The notes: generated by a model from the letters alone, not told the origin. A DNA stretch of 64,000 nucleotides from Nematostella vectensis (GCF_932526225.1 NC_064047.1:1753027-1817026); one strand, 5' to 3'; counted from the first letter of the stretch, positions 1 to 13,790 are shown. Translations and numbers: made by a program.

Positions 1-1719
1 AAGGGCGAATAAAAGCTTTTAAACGAATATATTTACGTATGTAGTGGTTTTCAAAAACCCGTGAAATACTATTTAGTTTATTTAGTGCTAATACACTGTG
101 ATATCTTTGTTCTCTTTTGTTCTGGCTTGACTATTACACTTTAACAAGTACATTTTGTTGCACGGGATTTTGAATACCACTCAGAGTGGTATTTTGTTTT
201 GAAAACATGTTAATGGCAATTAATCATTAATGACAATTAATCAACCTTTACCTATTCCTCTCATTTATCGGCGTTGTAAAGTTCGTAGAGATATTAACTT
301 ATTTGGCGGCGTTAAATGGCTAAAGATTGTTTGGGTAATGTGATGAGTGGTAGGGAAGATTTTCTAGAGTACTAACTCTCATGAATTGAAAGCATTGACA
401 AGAAATTAACGACGGCTCACACCGACACAGGCCTCGCAAAACGAGCATGACTGACATTGGATGCAGCTCGGATCATTAAATCTGCATATTCTAATCACTA
501 GAGACAAAAAACTTGAAATATGTCACGACTTGCAAAAGAAAATCGCAAAATAATGACCTTTAGCTAGTTAGGAGTTGGTTGAATAACCCCCTGTGGTTCA
601 AAAAAGAATGTTTGATAAATAAAGAGATTATTAAAGCGAACTTATGTTCAGAAGTAATTCTGTAAGAATATAATCATCATAATCAGCGAGCTTAGCAAAC
701 TTTTGGCGTTCAGTCTTCATTTCACGAAAAATAAGACGCAATAGAATGGGAATGAGAATAAGAAACGCTTTATCTTGAACTATAATTGTCTTATTTGGAG
801 CATTTCAAGGCAACACCCCCGCTATGAACAACAAAGAATCTAGCTGACACGTTAGCCAAAAGGTGAAGACGCAAAACTTATCCAAACACAAAATTACAAG
901 AAATACTGGTCACCCCTTACCTTACGGGCAAGCTCTGCTGTCATTCCGTATCCCTTTGGTCTCGATGCCATGGTGTACAAGTACGAGTTTTTCTCACAAC
1001 AGAACACGAAATCCCTCAACAGGCAACTGGGTGGTTAAATATTGAAAGTGACAACAATTTGACATTGTTTGCCAGTATCCGGAACGGGCTTCTGATTGGA
1101 TGGAATTTATTATTTCACGCATCTAACTAAATTTTTAACAGGCGATCACGTCATCAAAGGATGCTTGGTATTTCTGCTGTGAGAATCTTCTGGTCGGTTT
1201 TGATCGTTGTAGATAATGCATCTGAAACGAAAACCGCAAGAGTCTCTGATTTCCTTCCGTCTCGCTATTGTCCTTTTTAACTTGATAACCTTTGTGTGAG
1301 AGTTCGTCGGTTTGTATTACAACCGCAGTAAAATTGCTATATTATCCTATCATGAGTACAATCAGCTAAGGTTTTCAATCTTTCTTCGATCTATTAGTGT
1401 TTATTCAGAGGCCTTTGCAGGGCTTCCGACACGCAGCGAAGAAAAAAGGAAATTATCTTTCTTGGTAAAAGTTATAAATAATATTAAAGTCATAACATTA
1501 TAGTATCATCACAGGCGGACCAGGATTAGAATCAGTCCCTCGTGACCCTTCAGGAAAATAAAATATAATTTGAAGTTGTGTCTTGTCTGTTTTCTCAATA
1601 AAGCTAGTTACAGTACTATATTAGCCTCGTGTGTTGTTCTTAAGGGGAAATGTGGCACAGAAAGGGGTTTAGCAAAACGGGGGACTGATTCTAATCCTGG
1701 TCCGCCTGTGGTATCATTA

Positions 1720-2108
1720 TACAGGCCCGTACCCAGGATTTTTCTTTGGGTGGGTGCAAAATCCGAAAAAGTGGACATTATTTTCCGTGGGGGTGGGGGG
1801 GGGGGGGGAGGAGGAGGGGAGTTCCCTGATAAAAATCTTACCAGCCCCCCAAAAAACAAAAAGGGATTGTTTTATGTTTTTGCACTCCACGGGACATTTA
1901 TTGTCGAATTTGGCTGCAAAAAAGTCTGACTTGAATTGATGACATACCGAAGTGACCTCGCTTATGCTTTATAGTTTTGTTTACAAATAGCACGTCTCTT
2001 GACAACCGAAAGTGGACTTTCGGCCGTTGTGGGGGGGGGGGGGGGGGGGGGAGGGGTGCGTTCGCACCCCCTGCACCCCCCTCCCCCTGGGTACAGGCCT
2101 GTAAAAAT
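1720..2108. mobile_element. MITE family C (palindromic; TIR acaggcccgtacccagg; internal poly-G/poly-C tracts), full copy
   Basis: acaggcccgtacccaggat .. cctgggtacaggcctgt, with long internal inverted symmetry. Confidence 0.8.
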
Positions 2109-3039
2109 ACTGGATCCAATGAAATATTTTCGATTTGATATACCTCACCATTACCTTGGCAAACTAGTTCTCTCTAAGCTAAAACTAAAACAGATACAAA
2201 AACAAGAAAAGTTAAGAAAACACACAACGAAAAACATACTCCTAACGTATCAGTCTCCATTATTTTTTACACTCAATACACTCATTGTGTATTGTTTTAT
2301 GTATCTTCAGGGAGAAACTCCCTTTCTCGACTGTTCTTCCTCAAGACACATGAAACAAAACACAATGACGTTCAATGCAGTAGCAGGCGGTGGGGCACGT
2401 GCCCCCAAAGGCCCTGGTGTTTATTTGACCTTTATTCTATGATAAAAAAAAATACTAAATCCGTTCTCTTCTGTGAACTAACCCCGGCTTGCAATTAACA
2501 ACATTAGAATGGTAAACCTTTGGTTTTACTAAAAATATGCACCCCCAGTGTGCTCTTGCCTTCATTTAGCTGTTTGGTTTGAAGCATTTTATCCGGAAAA
2601 TGAAAAAAACGAAGACTCGCGATATGTCAAAAGCTTTGTCGTTTTATTTTCATAAACAGAAATGTATATTGTATTTCCTTATTAAAAATATCTGACATGA
2701 GGCTTGGGCTGTCTGTGCGTGACAAATCATCTTGCAAGACGATGTGATGGCAAACGCACGTGACAATTTAAGAATGCACAGACTGGCTTATCATAGTATT
2801 TCATTCGATTTTTAGATCTTCTTGCTTTATACATCGCACTTTTACTTTATGTTTATCCCTGGATAGATTGGAGCCCATTTGACAAAAAAATAGCGTGTTA
2901 TGACCAGGAAGTGACCAGGGCGCGCAACATTCTTCACCTGGTAGGTCCTACAATCTAGAGGAACCCACGTTATACCACGTAATTTTGATTTATATCACAG
3001 GCAGCTTGTGTGGTTATGTGTGTGTTAATGTACGTGTGC

Positions 3040-3900
3040 CTTGTCGTTGCTCGTGTAAGATGCAAGTTAACAGAGAGCTGGCGCGCATCAAACGAGTCGA
3101 GACGAGCATCAAAACGCGTTTACATGAACAACATTACGCACGTGAACGCAAAGTTTATAACACGAACATCAAGGTGCACAAGAACACTAAAAGCCAAACA
3201 CGAACATTAACAACTCAGAAACGGATGTTAACACGCACACAATCATCAAGCTAGTCTGCTATTTAGCATGTTTATGGTTGTGCTCAAGTTAGCACGCACA
3301 CGAATAAGAACTGGCATTTACATGAGCTTCAAAAAACACATTAACACTCACACAAACGCGAGTTAACACGCAAAGGATTTAGCAAGCACAAGAATATTAA
3401 TAAAACACACAAATATCTACACAAAGACGCAAGATAACACTCACACAAACGCGAAGAAACTAGCAAGCAGACATCAACACGTGTCTTCGTGTGCGTGTTA
3501 TTCTCCGTGTTAATTTACGTCCGTGAGTGCGTTAACTCGTGTTCGTGTGCGTTTAATCTCCGTGTTAACTTGTCTTCGTGTGCGTGTTTCCGTGTTAATT
3601 TACGTCCGTGAGTGTGTTAACTCGTGTTCGTGTGCGTTTTAATCTCCGTGTTAACTTGTCTTCGTGTGCTTGTTATTCTCCGTGTTATTTTACGTCCGTG
3701 AGTGCTTTAACTCGTGTTCATGTTCGTTTTAATCTCCGTGATAACTTGTGTTCGTGTGCGTGCTAACTTGTCTTTGTGTGCGTGTTAATCTTCGTGTTAA
3801 CTTACGTCCGCTAGCGTGCTAACTCGTGTTCGTGTGCGCGTTATCTCGCGTTCGTGTGCGCGTTTAATCGCGTTTGTGTGATATTGTTACCTGTTCGTGC
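3040..3900. repeat. Palindromic satellite: about 118-bp gtgttaac/cgtgtgcg-rich units x about 3.5 (3481-3900), abutting an inverted, more degenerate copy of related sequence (3040-3480)
   Basis: cacgaacacgagttaac.. motifs upstream are reverse complements of gttaactcgtgttcgtg.. motifs downstream. The symmetry centre is about 3480. Confidence 0.7.
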
Positions 3901-5199
3901 TGGTGAGTGTGTTATTTGTTTTGACATCCACGAGACACGCTTAGCATTATCGATAGCCGTTTTATTAAAATCACTGTAAACGCAATCAAGCTCCTTAATC
4001 ATTTCGTATTCCTCGCGACCACTGTTTTATCTGCGCTAATGGCAGCAATATTCCCCCCAATATTGCCCCCATCAGGCTTATGGTCATCTGATGAGCCTCG
4101 GCGGAAACTCCTGGCCACACGTCGCTTGAACCGTGCCCATGTCGACATCCTATGCATGGTCTGAATATAGAAATAGAAATAAAAAGGCAAAATGTTTACA
4201 GGAAAGAGATAAAGGTTTATTAGCGAGATTAAAAGTGACTAAAGCAGATTAGAAATAGAAAGAAGAGGAAAAAAGGTTTTCAGGAGGGGTAGAAATAAAA
4301 ATGTTTACTGGATGTCCAATAGAGTGATTAAATATGGTTATACCAGATTAGGTTTCATGGTATGGTCATTATATGGTTTGAATTTTTTGTACCGGTGTTT
4401 CCCACAGGTTCAGAGCCAAAACCGTGTCCGAAGCTCATTTTTTTTTCAATAAAGGTTGATTCTTACTTGGCCGTAAGCGCATAAGAAAATACTTGTTTTT
4501 CTTGCGCTTGCGCCTGACGATTGTCACTTGTATTGCGCTTCCGTTTGCGCTAACGATTGCGCCATAGTGAGAACCAACCTTAAACCTTGTGGTATAGATT
4601 TGAATTTTGTATTTTAGTTTTCACCGTCATGTCAAAACTTGAAAATTTTGGGATATGGCAAGAGATCTAGATATTTAACAAACCAGAAGAAAGAACAGCC
4701 TGATTTTACTCCAAGGCACACTTGTCCACGCCGTTGTTGTTTCTCTATACTCTCTGGGTGTCATAACATGAGATCAGCCCATAATTGCATGAATATCAGC
4801 AACGAGCTCTGGACTATGACTTACAATAATATGCTGAAGCGTATCAAGCTTGACCAGGAGATCAGAGATAAGTCTGTAAACAAATGATATTACAAAGTAG
4901 TTTATAGGTGCACTATAAACTATTGGTCATACTTTTAGAAAAATCCTTACTCGTCTTTTGTGGAGATTTCTTGCTTTTTCTCGTCTATTTCTTGGGCCTA
5001 GATTTGCAGCACAATAAAATAAATTTATTAATTTAATTCTGTATTATTCATACATGTAAGACGGCCATTAATATAATAATAGCAACAATAAATGTAATGA
5101 CCCGTCACCCATAAATCCAATAACAACAACCAGCTTTGCTTAAGTCAATTCACTTCTTTTCTTGGTATATCTTAACATTTTAATTCGTTTCCATGGGCG

Positions 5200-5345
5200 T
5201 AGCCAGAAAAGTGTCCAGAGCCCCCCCCCCCCTTCTCTCTAGCAGCTCGAATACAGTAAAAATAAGTTAGATTAATTGACATACACGGGAAAATGCCTTA
5301 CCCTTGTAAGTCTTTTGGGCCCCCTCCTGTTAAAATCCTGGCTAC
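5200..5345. mobile_element. MITE family D (TIR gggcgtagccag .. ctggctacgccc; internal C/G homopolymer)
   Basis: Terminal inverted repeats. The right end ..aaaatcctggctacgcccctg is shared with the 62790-62945 copy. Confidence 0.7.
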
Positions 5346-5879
5346 GCCCCTGGTTTCCCAGTATTCAATTTAAACGACAAAAAAAAGTTGAAAACAAGGG
5401 CGCTTTCTTTGACTTGGTTATTACAAGAAGTACATACATGTTCCGACTTTAGCTTCACCAGTTCCATCTCGTGCCCAGAAATGATTCTAAATATGGAACA
5501 AGAAAATTGAAAAATGAGATGTGTAAGTGCAAGAACGATCTACACATCCACAGGTATCCCAAGCTCACAGTGCGCGCTCATAAACTGGGAGCTTGGGATA
5601 CCTGTGCATCTACAAATAGGAAAAAAAGGCAGGTCTCAATAACATATTGGTAGCCTGCGTTGTGGTGTATGGATTATCGATCAAAAAAATCCTGCTGTAA
5701 CTTACTGATTAAGAGCTTGGATTTCTTCGCGCAGGTTTGCAATATCCTTGGCGTAATCCAACTATACGAAAAAAATGCAAATATCAGTTCATTTATGGTA
5801 CCCCTGGGTCGTATCCTCGAGCATGCGTGGGACTGGGTACGAGTATGATACAGCTCTAAAATCTCCAAATTTTTCTAGG

Positions 5880-6085
5880 TAGTCGATCTTCACACAGGAA
5901 ATTCTGCGGGCTGTCACGCCAGAGAGCAGCGAAAATTTTAAATATTTCAGTGAAAATAAGCCCTTTAAAAAGCTTTCTGTCTGATTCTCAAGCGCTAAAA
6001 AAGTTGCTTTTTATTGTTATTTTGCCGCAAAAAGCCGGAGCGGGGTGAGTTTGCCACCAAAAAAGTCACGTGATCTCTAAGTGCA
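5880..6085. repeat. Dispersed repeat family F (..gtcacgccagagagc..gaaaata..aagcgct..ttttgccgc.aaaagccggagcg..gtttgcc.cc.aaaaagtca.gtgat..). The other copies are at 36490-36700 and 44515-44770.
   Basis: Three collinear copies aligned by eye. Confidence 0.7.
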
Positions 6086-6479
6086 AGTCGCCTATTTGTT
6101 ATTCTTACGTTGCGGGGGGATTGGGTCAAGTTGATAAGCGAACAGCATGCGAACAGCACTCACACTAGTTTCTTTGAAAGCTAGGAGCTCCTCGTCACAT
6201 TTCGATAATGCTCTACGGGGAAACGAAAACAACACACGATCAAATAAAGTATGGTTTGTTTCACGCCTCTGTCAAAAACATGTCGACATGTTTCGAGCAT
6301 TGTACGTCGCCTTGTTTTTCCAAAGCTGTTCTGTATACTTTTTAGTCATACCACTCAGTAATGGATAGTCGTATGGATAATATTATTAATGACGAAATAA
6401 ACGCAACCAACAATGCATTTAATTAAAAAAAAAAAAAAAATTCGTGTACAGGATTGAAGTCCTTTCCCTCTTTCAAACT

Positions 6480-6670
6480 GTTGATAATGTGATCATGATA
6501 TGTCATTGTGGAGATGTCATGGTGATGATGACATGGTGATGTTGACATGGTGATGATGACATGGTGATGATGACATGGTTATGATGTCATGGTGATGATG
6601 ACATGATGATGATGACATGGTGATGTTGACATGGTGATGATGACATGATGATGATGATATGGTTATGATG
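6480..6670. repeat. 18-bp tandem repeat (gatgacatggtgatgatg) x about 10
   Basis: Direct inspection. Confidence 0.9.
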
Positions 6671-8713
6671 ACTAATGATATTGTGATGACAAGTCTTTCC
6701 CATTCAAATCTTACTCATTTTTATCCTGTAATTCGTCTTTAAGGTCGGCGAGCTCGTCTGAAGTTTCCATCTAAAACAAAAACAAAATGATTGTTGGCGA
6801 TTGGATTTATAGTGGAAACGATATGTGTCAGATCATGATGTTGCTGGGATAATGATAATTGTCGATGGTGTCGGTAATAATGTTAATAATGGAGAGCTTG
6901 AGCAAGTCAATGCAAACGGCATTAGGAACGGCCCGCGCGCTCACGAATATTTCAAAACGAACATTGAAGTCCGTGACCGCGCACGTTGAACGTGAAAATA
7001 GGGCTAATGCAGTTCTAAATTTGCCGTTACAATAGTCTGCTTAGCTGCTCTTGTGTCGCGCACGCCTTCCCAAAAATTCCCTTTTGCAGCAAATCGGGAG
7101 CGGGCGCGCCATTGTAATGATATGACTCACGTTAACTCTCTTCAAATTTTGCAATTCTTCTTTGAATCTGGATAGAGTCCTACGAGAAACAAATCAATTG
7201 CAGCCAATTAGGACGCTTGGGTTTGACTGAATAGTTTAAGGATTTTTACCTTAGTAGTGTCCGTTATGTAGAAGGTGCGACTGTTTATGTTTATGTTTCG
7301 TTTGTTTTAAATGTACTTCTTGTGGGCAGATTTATGACTCATACCTTTCAAAAGCTTCGATGTTGTCAGCCTATAAGATAAATAAAACATTAAGAAAAAA
7401 AAATAAAAGAATTCCGCATTACATGAGCAAGCCATAGGTCAGAGGTGTGAAAATTAGTTTTAGTTACTTAGGTATAGATAGAGCTATTAGAATAAAACAC
7501 TTACATGCGTCCGTAACAGGGTTCTTTTCTCGTTTTCTAGACTGAAAAACAAACGAAAATCAGCTGTTAAGCAGTATTAATTGAGTCTTCAAGAAATGTT
7601 TTTAGGAGAGATATCTTTGGAGAAAAAGGTTGAAAGAAACCTGAAATTTTAGAAGTAATCTTAAAAACTATGCCGCCTTCCATTGGTTTCGCTTTTGTGA
7701 TAACGGATGGCCGCTAGAGGCAAGCATTTTATTAATTAAAAATGTAACTGAGACAGATTTTTTCATCAAACAATGGGTAAGTAAAAACAGCAGCAAATGC
7801 ACATACGGGAGCGTTCCCAGGATTGGCCAGGGGGGGGGGGGTATGAAGTCTTAGTTATCATACGGAAAATCATAGTATTTGAAGATTCCTTAATAAGAAA
7901 TGTCCCCCCTGTGTACGCGCCTGATATATTCACATAGAATTTGACATCCGGGAAAGAGATAGGAAATATACTCACGCCATGATTCTTCTGTGAGATTCAT
8001 CCTTTGATAAAAAGAAAGGAGAAACTATTTAGAAATTTATACATGTTATTAGCATTTTATAATCAATTGAGTCTTTTGCGCACTTTGTGTTTCTTGAACT
8101 GTCTCTCCGTGTACGAGAGGTGGCCTTCCAGCTTGGAAATCTAAAAGAGAAGATATTTTTAAAACCTTTGGGCTGTTCATATTAATTACTAATGTATTCC
8201 TGGTCACCACGCTCACCTGTATTACCGTAAATGATCTAATAAACGCCCGGGGTGTTTACAAACTACAACAATATAACAATCGCAGGTGCAGTTGGGTTCT
8301 AATCTCAGTCAGGATCAAGTTAAATTATAGCCTGCGTCGTGGAAAGCGTTTCTTGACATTGAGCAAGTCTCAATCAGTAGAAACCAAGCTCAGATTAAGC
8401 AAGAAGGCAATTGAATTTGATTTACATTACCGCAATCCCTATGTATTTAAACAATAACCAATTATCATATAGGGCATCATCATGATTCCTTACTTTTATA
8501 TTGCTATAGTATACTTAATACTGTTTCTCTATCATACGATCATACTGTATTGCCATGGTAGTAACGTTTTACTTACATATCTCCCCGTGTCCCCTAGATG
8601 CCCTAGAACATAAAAGAAATGATCACATCACTTACACTCAGGCAAACCGTTTTTGAGATGTTGTAAGAGACTAAACATATTTCTTATTGCAACCAATGAT
8701 AACTTGATTGCAT

Positions 8714-9100
8714 ACAAGGGCACACAACGACCCCCCCCCCCCTTCACGAAACACGTTAAAATAGCATATTTCGTTGTTTGAATATGTTCTGCTGCAGAAT
8801 ATATCCATTTTAATAGTTGCTGGGACCATTTTTTTCTTTTCCAGCCAGCATTGGTTAGGAAGTTTAGACATGAATAATTGCTCGTATAACCGGTGGGGAC
8901 GATTTTTTCCCCTAAGCAACCGCTCCGCCCCCAAAATATTCCCAGCACAACTAGTTCGGCCCCACAAATTGGCCAGCAGAACAGCCATTGGGATGATTAT
9001 TTTCCCAGCAACTGATGGGTCTAACATCTTCCCAGCCAGCAAAAAAACCCGGATGCGGAACAAATATTAGGAGGAACAGATTCCCGCTGTGCCCTTGTGC
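8714..9100. mobile_element. Interspersed element family E (about 390 bp; termini caagggcacacaa .. gctgtgcccttg)
   Basis: About 250 bp is homologous to 57672-57950 (..gacgattttttccc..ccaaaat..cccagca..ctagttcg..cacaaatt.gccagcagaac..). Confidence 0.75.
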
Positions 9101-11699
9101 ATACTTACTTGCCATCATCAAAAAAATCCTCCGTCTTAAATGTGAATCTTCTGTTACGGTAATCGATGTGTTCTAATTTGTAAATCCATTATTGACGCGA
9201 AATACACGTCACGATACGCAAGAGCAAGCGCGCACAAATTCTAGAACACTATCAACGTTAGGGGGGGGGGGGGGGGGGTATTTCCTTACAAGATCGTATG
9301 TCTCGCCGAGTAGCGTGTTGAGTGCTGAAAAACGCAAGACTAGTTTCAGTACCGCGCGGTTAAACCAGCCTTTTTGTTTTGAAATAGTGGCGCTTACCTG
9401 CGAACTGTCACGTTTTGGCGATTTTAATGCTGTACAGTTAGTCAAAACAGCGACCGAAGTCAGCCTTTCACTCGAACGATTCAACACTGAGATTTTGTTT
9501 GTTTTCGCCAGAACAAGCGCATGCGCATACGTTATTCGGCACTGTCCTGCTTCTACGCATAGAATTTTGCTTTTCGAGGATGTGCGCAGAGCGCATCTCT
9601 CCATAGCGGGACGTCGATATACACCTATAATAAATAAGGTTGCACTTGAGAACCCATGTGTCGTAACCCGCGTTGGTTCATGGGTAGCGTATAAACGGGT
9701 GATCCTTGTATCTGAAAGCTCTTCATAACACTCATAATCATATGTAAGTTTGAAATAGGCTAAAACAATGCAACCGGTGAGGCAAGGCGATGATTTTTGT
9801 GATGGTTATGCAAGAATCGCGCCATAGATAGCGAGAGCATTGTTAGCTTCACTCGTACCCAGTTCTCCAGGGCAACGAGAGAAGGGAACGGCCCACCTGC
9901 CTAGGCCTATCGCTCGGGTCGTACCGCTAGCCTCTCAGCTTGGCTTAGGCCGCTGACCAATTATTCTTTTCATGCCTTATTTGAACTGAGTATGATAAGG
10001 AGTGTTATCAAATAGAATACAATGGGCACTAAGGTGCAGGATTGCGGATTATCAAAATATCATGATTGTTTATCATTCATTTGATAATTGATAATTTGAT
10101 ATTTCAATGATTTTTTGGTGATAATAGTATGATATTGTCTTGAAAAAATTGTAAGTGAAATATCAATGTGAAATATCAAAATGTCTTTATCAATTGGATT
10201 ATGGTAGTTGACCCCCAAAAAAGGAATCTCAAATCTATTATCACTATCATTAATAAGAGAAGCAGGTAGATTGAAAAATCTAAATATCACTCTCAATAAA
10301 TAGAAATTAGCAGGATACAGTGATATTCCAAAATAGCAAGTTATCATGGTATCAATATCATTTTATTATTATTATTATTATTATTATCAATGTTGAACAA
10401 AATAACACAAACAGTAAGCGAATGATATATCATGATAATATCTTTTTTTTTTTATTATCTTGACCAACAACACACTAAGATTGATAGCATGATATATCAT
10501 GATAATATGATTTTTGTTTGTTTATCTTAACCAATGGCACCTTAAGAGTGTTAAATTGGAAAACGTATCATTTTTCTTTCGGCGATTTCCGTGTGCTTTG
10601 GATAATAAAAAAAGCTTCGTTTTGTGGTGCGTATTAGTTTACGCGAGGACAAAACGGAGAAAGAAAGGCGCGTTTTGAAATTCATCCTGGTAGTGTTTTT
10701 TTTAACTTTACTGTTCACATCATTCTTCGTCTTCTTATTTCTTTTTCAAGATCTCTGTTGAAGTTGTTGTTGACAAACCAAAATAAAATGCTACGCTTGT
10801 ATTGGGTCATTTTTCTAGTGACCTCAAAGTAATTGTTCAGACGACGACGAAAGACCTGTTCGCAGGTCTCAGTGTCTCAGGTCTCAGTGTTGACACCTCG
10901 AATCTTTGAAAATTAAGGGAAAGTTGGGTGGAATTTACACTTGGGGTTGTCTGGGGGCATACACACACTTTCTTTGTGGTCCGAAACATGGAAAATATCG
11001 ACCAAAAACTTCACTTGTTGGAGCAGGAGTTTCGCACCTGCACTCCCATTCTTTGCCTTATTTCGGAGGTACGGTACTAAGCCACAGGCCCTGTCATATC
11101 CCAGGTATTTCAAATGGGTGATATCACTGACATCCCTGAAAAAGGTGCGTAAAATGAAAAGAAAAACCTGTGTAAATGATTCACAAGTATACATTTCCGT
11201 CAAATCCACTAAAATACCGCGAGGACGAATAAGCGCAAGCATACCAGCAGTGGATTCGAAAAAAAGCGTCTTGCGTTTTTGCGTGTACATCCCACTAATG
11301 GATCAGCCACTTCTTCAGGTAGTAGCCCCACTTCGCATTTATCAAAGGTAAATTCTGGTGGTACTGGTAATTCTTCCACCTCTTGACTCTTACTGATATG
11401 CGCAGCACAAAACTTAAAAGGCATTTGATTTTTACCACTCGGGAGGATAGGATTGGTGCAACTTTGGAAAACAGGTGGAAGGTCTTTAAGCAATTTTACT
11501 TTGATTGACGGTAAAGCACATTTAGATCTTTTGAGGTATTCGTTGCGCCATCAATGGTAACATAGCCCACAGAGCAACCAGGGGTCTTGCATCTATGTTG
11601 CTGTACCCACTTATTCTAGTTCAGAATTGTATAATAGTAATATCAAATCTTATTTTGGAATGTTTTCATATATAATATTAGCTTCGTTCTACTTATGTT

Positions 11700-12070
11700 T
11701 GACACTCAAATAAGAAAAAAATGTAACTATCATTAAATATTCTGATAATATCATGATATATCACTATATTATGGGCCTTAGAAGAAATTGTACCTCATTA
11801 AATATTCTGATAACATCATGATATATCACTATGTCATGGGCTTAGAAGAAATTGTACCTCATTAAATATTTTGATAATATCATGATATATCACTATATCA
11901 TGGGCCTTAGAAGAAATTGTGCCTCATTAAATATTCTGATAACATCATGATATATCACTATGTCATGGGCTTAGAAGAAATTGTACCTCATTAAATATTC
12001 TGATAATATCATGATATATCACTATATCATGGGCCTTAGAAGAAATTGTGCCTCATTAAATATTCTGATA
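11700..12070. repeat. About 62-bp AT-rich tandem repeat x about 6 (..cattaaatattctgataatatcatgatatatcactat..)
   Basis: Direct inspection. Confidence 0.9.
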
Positions 12071-12841
12071 ATATCATGATACACAAATGCTTATATGATA
12101 AAAACCCTTTGAAGAATATCAAAATATCAACCCCTATCAGACTCTTGATAAATCATGATATTTAGGGCCTTAAATACAAGAAACATGTAAGAATTATCAT
12201 GATATATCACATTTAATGATTAGTCTTGATAATAGTGATATACACAATCTTGATCCCTCTCTCGCAATGTGAATGTTTATAAAAATGTAAACAAGCATTC
12301 TACAGCCTTTGAAACCTGAAATTTTTTTAACGCTTTTTTTCCTTATTTACTTGATACCCATGTAGCACTGCGGGCTACAAAACACAGATTCTCCGAGTGC
12401 AACCTTATTTGAAATAGGTTTTATCAGGATGTTTTCCTGGTTGTATATATATTTTTGTTATCCTGTTTGTTATCCTTCCGATACACACCCCAACTTTGAG
12501 AATATGATAAATAAAATTCTTTTGTAACGTATCTAGCAGTCCAAAACTAAGTGTGTTTTTTCCCTTGGGTAAGCAAAAAAAAAAAAAAAAGAAAAGAAAT
12601 TAATGAATATAAACCCGCTATGAAATAAAATACTATTTTTTTTTAGCTACCCTTATTCGTGGGTATCCTGTGGACAAGACACTGTTTCCTAACCGGACTT
12701 CCTGTGGTGACTGTGAATTCTAAAAATAGACATCTTCACAGGAAGCGAAACCTAGATCTGCGGAGTAAAGCAAACTGGCTTCTCTCTAGCAGTCTCAAAC
12801 ACTGGTTTTGTTCACATGTTCCTATCTTAAAGGGCATAACG

Positions 12842-12979
12842 ATGTCTGTTATCTTCTCTGGTCTCCTATTTGTACTGGATTCCTCCGGATTGCCTGGTTT
12901 CTCATTCAAACAGAAGCAAGAACTTCGCTCGAAGATCACTTCAAATGGCGGAACAATATCCTACATTTTGACCAAGAAG
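12842..12979 (+). CDS. PARP4: PARP4-like exon 1, carrying the start ATG and the BRCT-region N-terminus
   Basis: First in-frame ATG. MSVIFSGLLFVLDSSGLPGFSFKQKQELRSKITSNGGTISYILTKK resembles the PARP4 N-terminus (..KKKLQTDIKENGGKFSFSLNPQ). Donor aag|gttaga is weak. Confidence 0.7.
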
Positions 12980-13585
12980 GTTAGAATATCGCGCCCGAAT
13001 CCACAATTCTCCTTTCCTGTTGACTACGCAGTTTGCAAATAACTCTTTTATGCAGTTTCTTCTCTTTTTCTTTCATATATATTAATTTATTCGAGACATT
13101 AAAAACAAAAAGAAAGTGTTATTTTGAAACAGTTTCTTAAACTTTTCAGTTTGTTGTTGTTGCTGAATATTTAAAGTCAAAATTGGGAAGTAAAGAATTT
13201 AAGCCAATGGTTCTGCAATGGATATAGACAACCTATAAAATATATAAATAATCCTAACAAAAGTTACATGGTGGGTGGGTGGGTGGGGGGAATGGCTAAC
13301 GGGTATAGGGGTGATTTGTCCTTTGCGTATACTAAACTATACACACATGCATTTCCTTTTCCTTTTCCAACACTTGCTGGGGATGGGGTCCAGTGCGGGC
13401 ATCCAGGCTGGCTAGTGCATCTCATCATATAAGAGTTTTAATAAGAAGTGCATCCGAGCCGAAATCCACAAATTTCCCTTCTTCCATGTTTCCAAAAACT
13501 CCTAAGTCCACCATTCTCTCCTTATTCTCACATTTCCACATACCCAATCTATTTAAACCTAAAAAAAAATATCTGCCTTGTCTAG

Positions 13586-13790
13586 ACTGATTATGTGCTG
13601 ACTTCTGATGGAGAAAGGACCTTGTCTTCATACAAGGGAAGAACTGCAGCCAAGCTTGGGGTCCCTGTGGTTCACATAGACTTTATTGACAGCTGTCTAT
13701 CATCAGGACAACTCTCCGCCCCAGACCCCACTTACATTCTGTCAGAGACACCAGAATCCAAGCAGTTTAGCTCAGGCAAGATTGTCACAG
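13586..13790 (+). CDS. PARP4: PARP4-like exon 2 (BRCT)
   Basis: Acceptor tctag|. TDYVLTSDGERTL..GVPVVHIDFIDSCLSSGQL is BRCT-like. Donor |gtacac. Phase is consistent. Confidence 0.7.

Noticed and set aside
1570-2442. Several 60-150-aa ORFs on both strands with poly-Gly/poly-Pro
   Set aside because: Homopolymer G/C tracts inside the palindromic MITE (family C) create these frames; they have no coding features.
6716-7990. Possible small minus-strand exons (for example ATG GAA ACT TCA GAC GAG CTC GCC GAC CTT AAA.. with a GTAAGA donor at about 6716-6775; ATGAATCTCACAGAAGAATCATGG|GTGAGT at about 7966-7990)
   Set aside because: They are short, I could not connect them in frame, and no homology was recognisable. 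They are left unannotated, but an unmodelled minus-strand gene in 6-8 kb is possible.
8628-9728. Overlapping ORFs of 98-178 aa on both strands
   Set aside because: They fall inside element family E (8714-9100), which is repeated at 57.7 kb, and adjacent low-complexity sequence. There are no splice or homology signals.
12659-12841. N-terminal extension of the exon 1 ORF upstream of ATG 12842
   Set aside because: It starts only with non-ATG codons in the bacterial-table ORF track. PARP4 N-terminal homology begins at the ATG.
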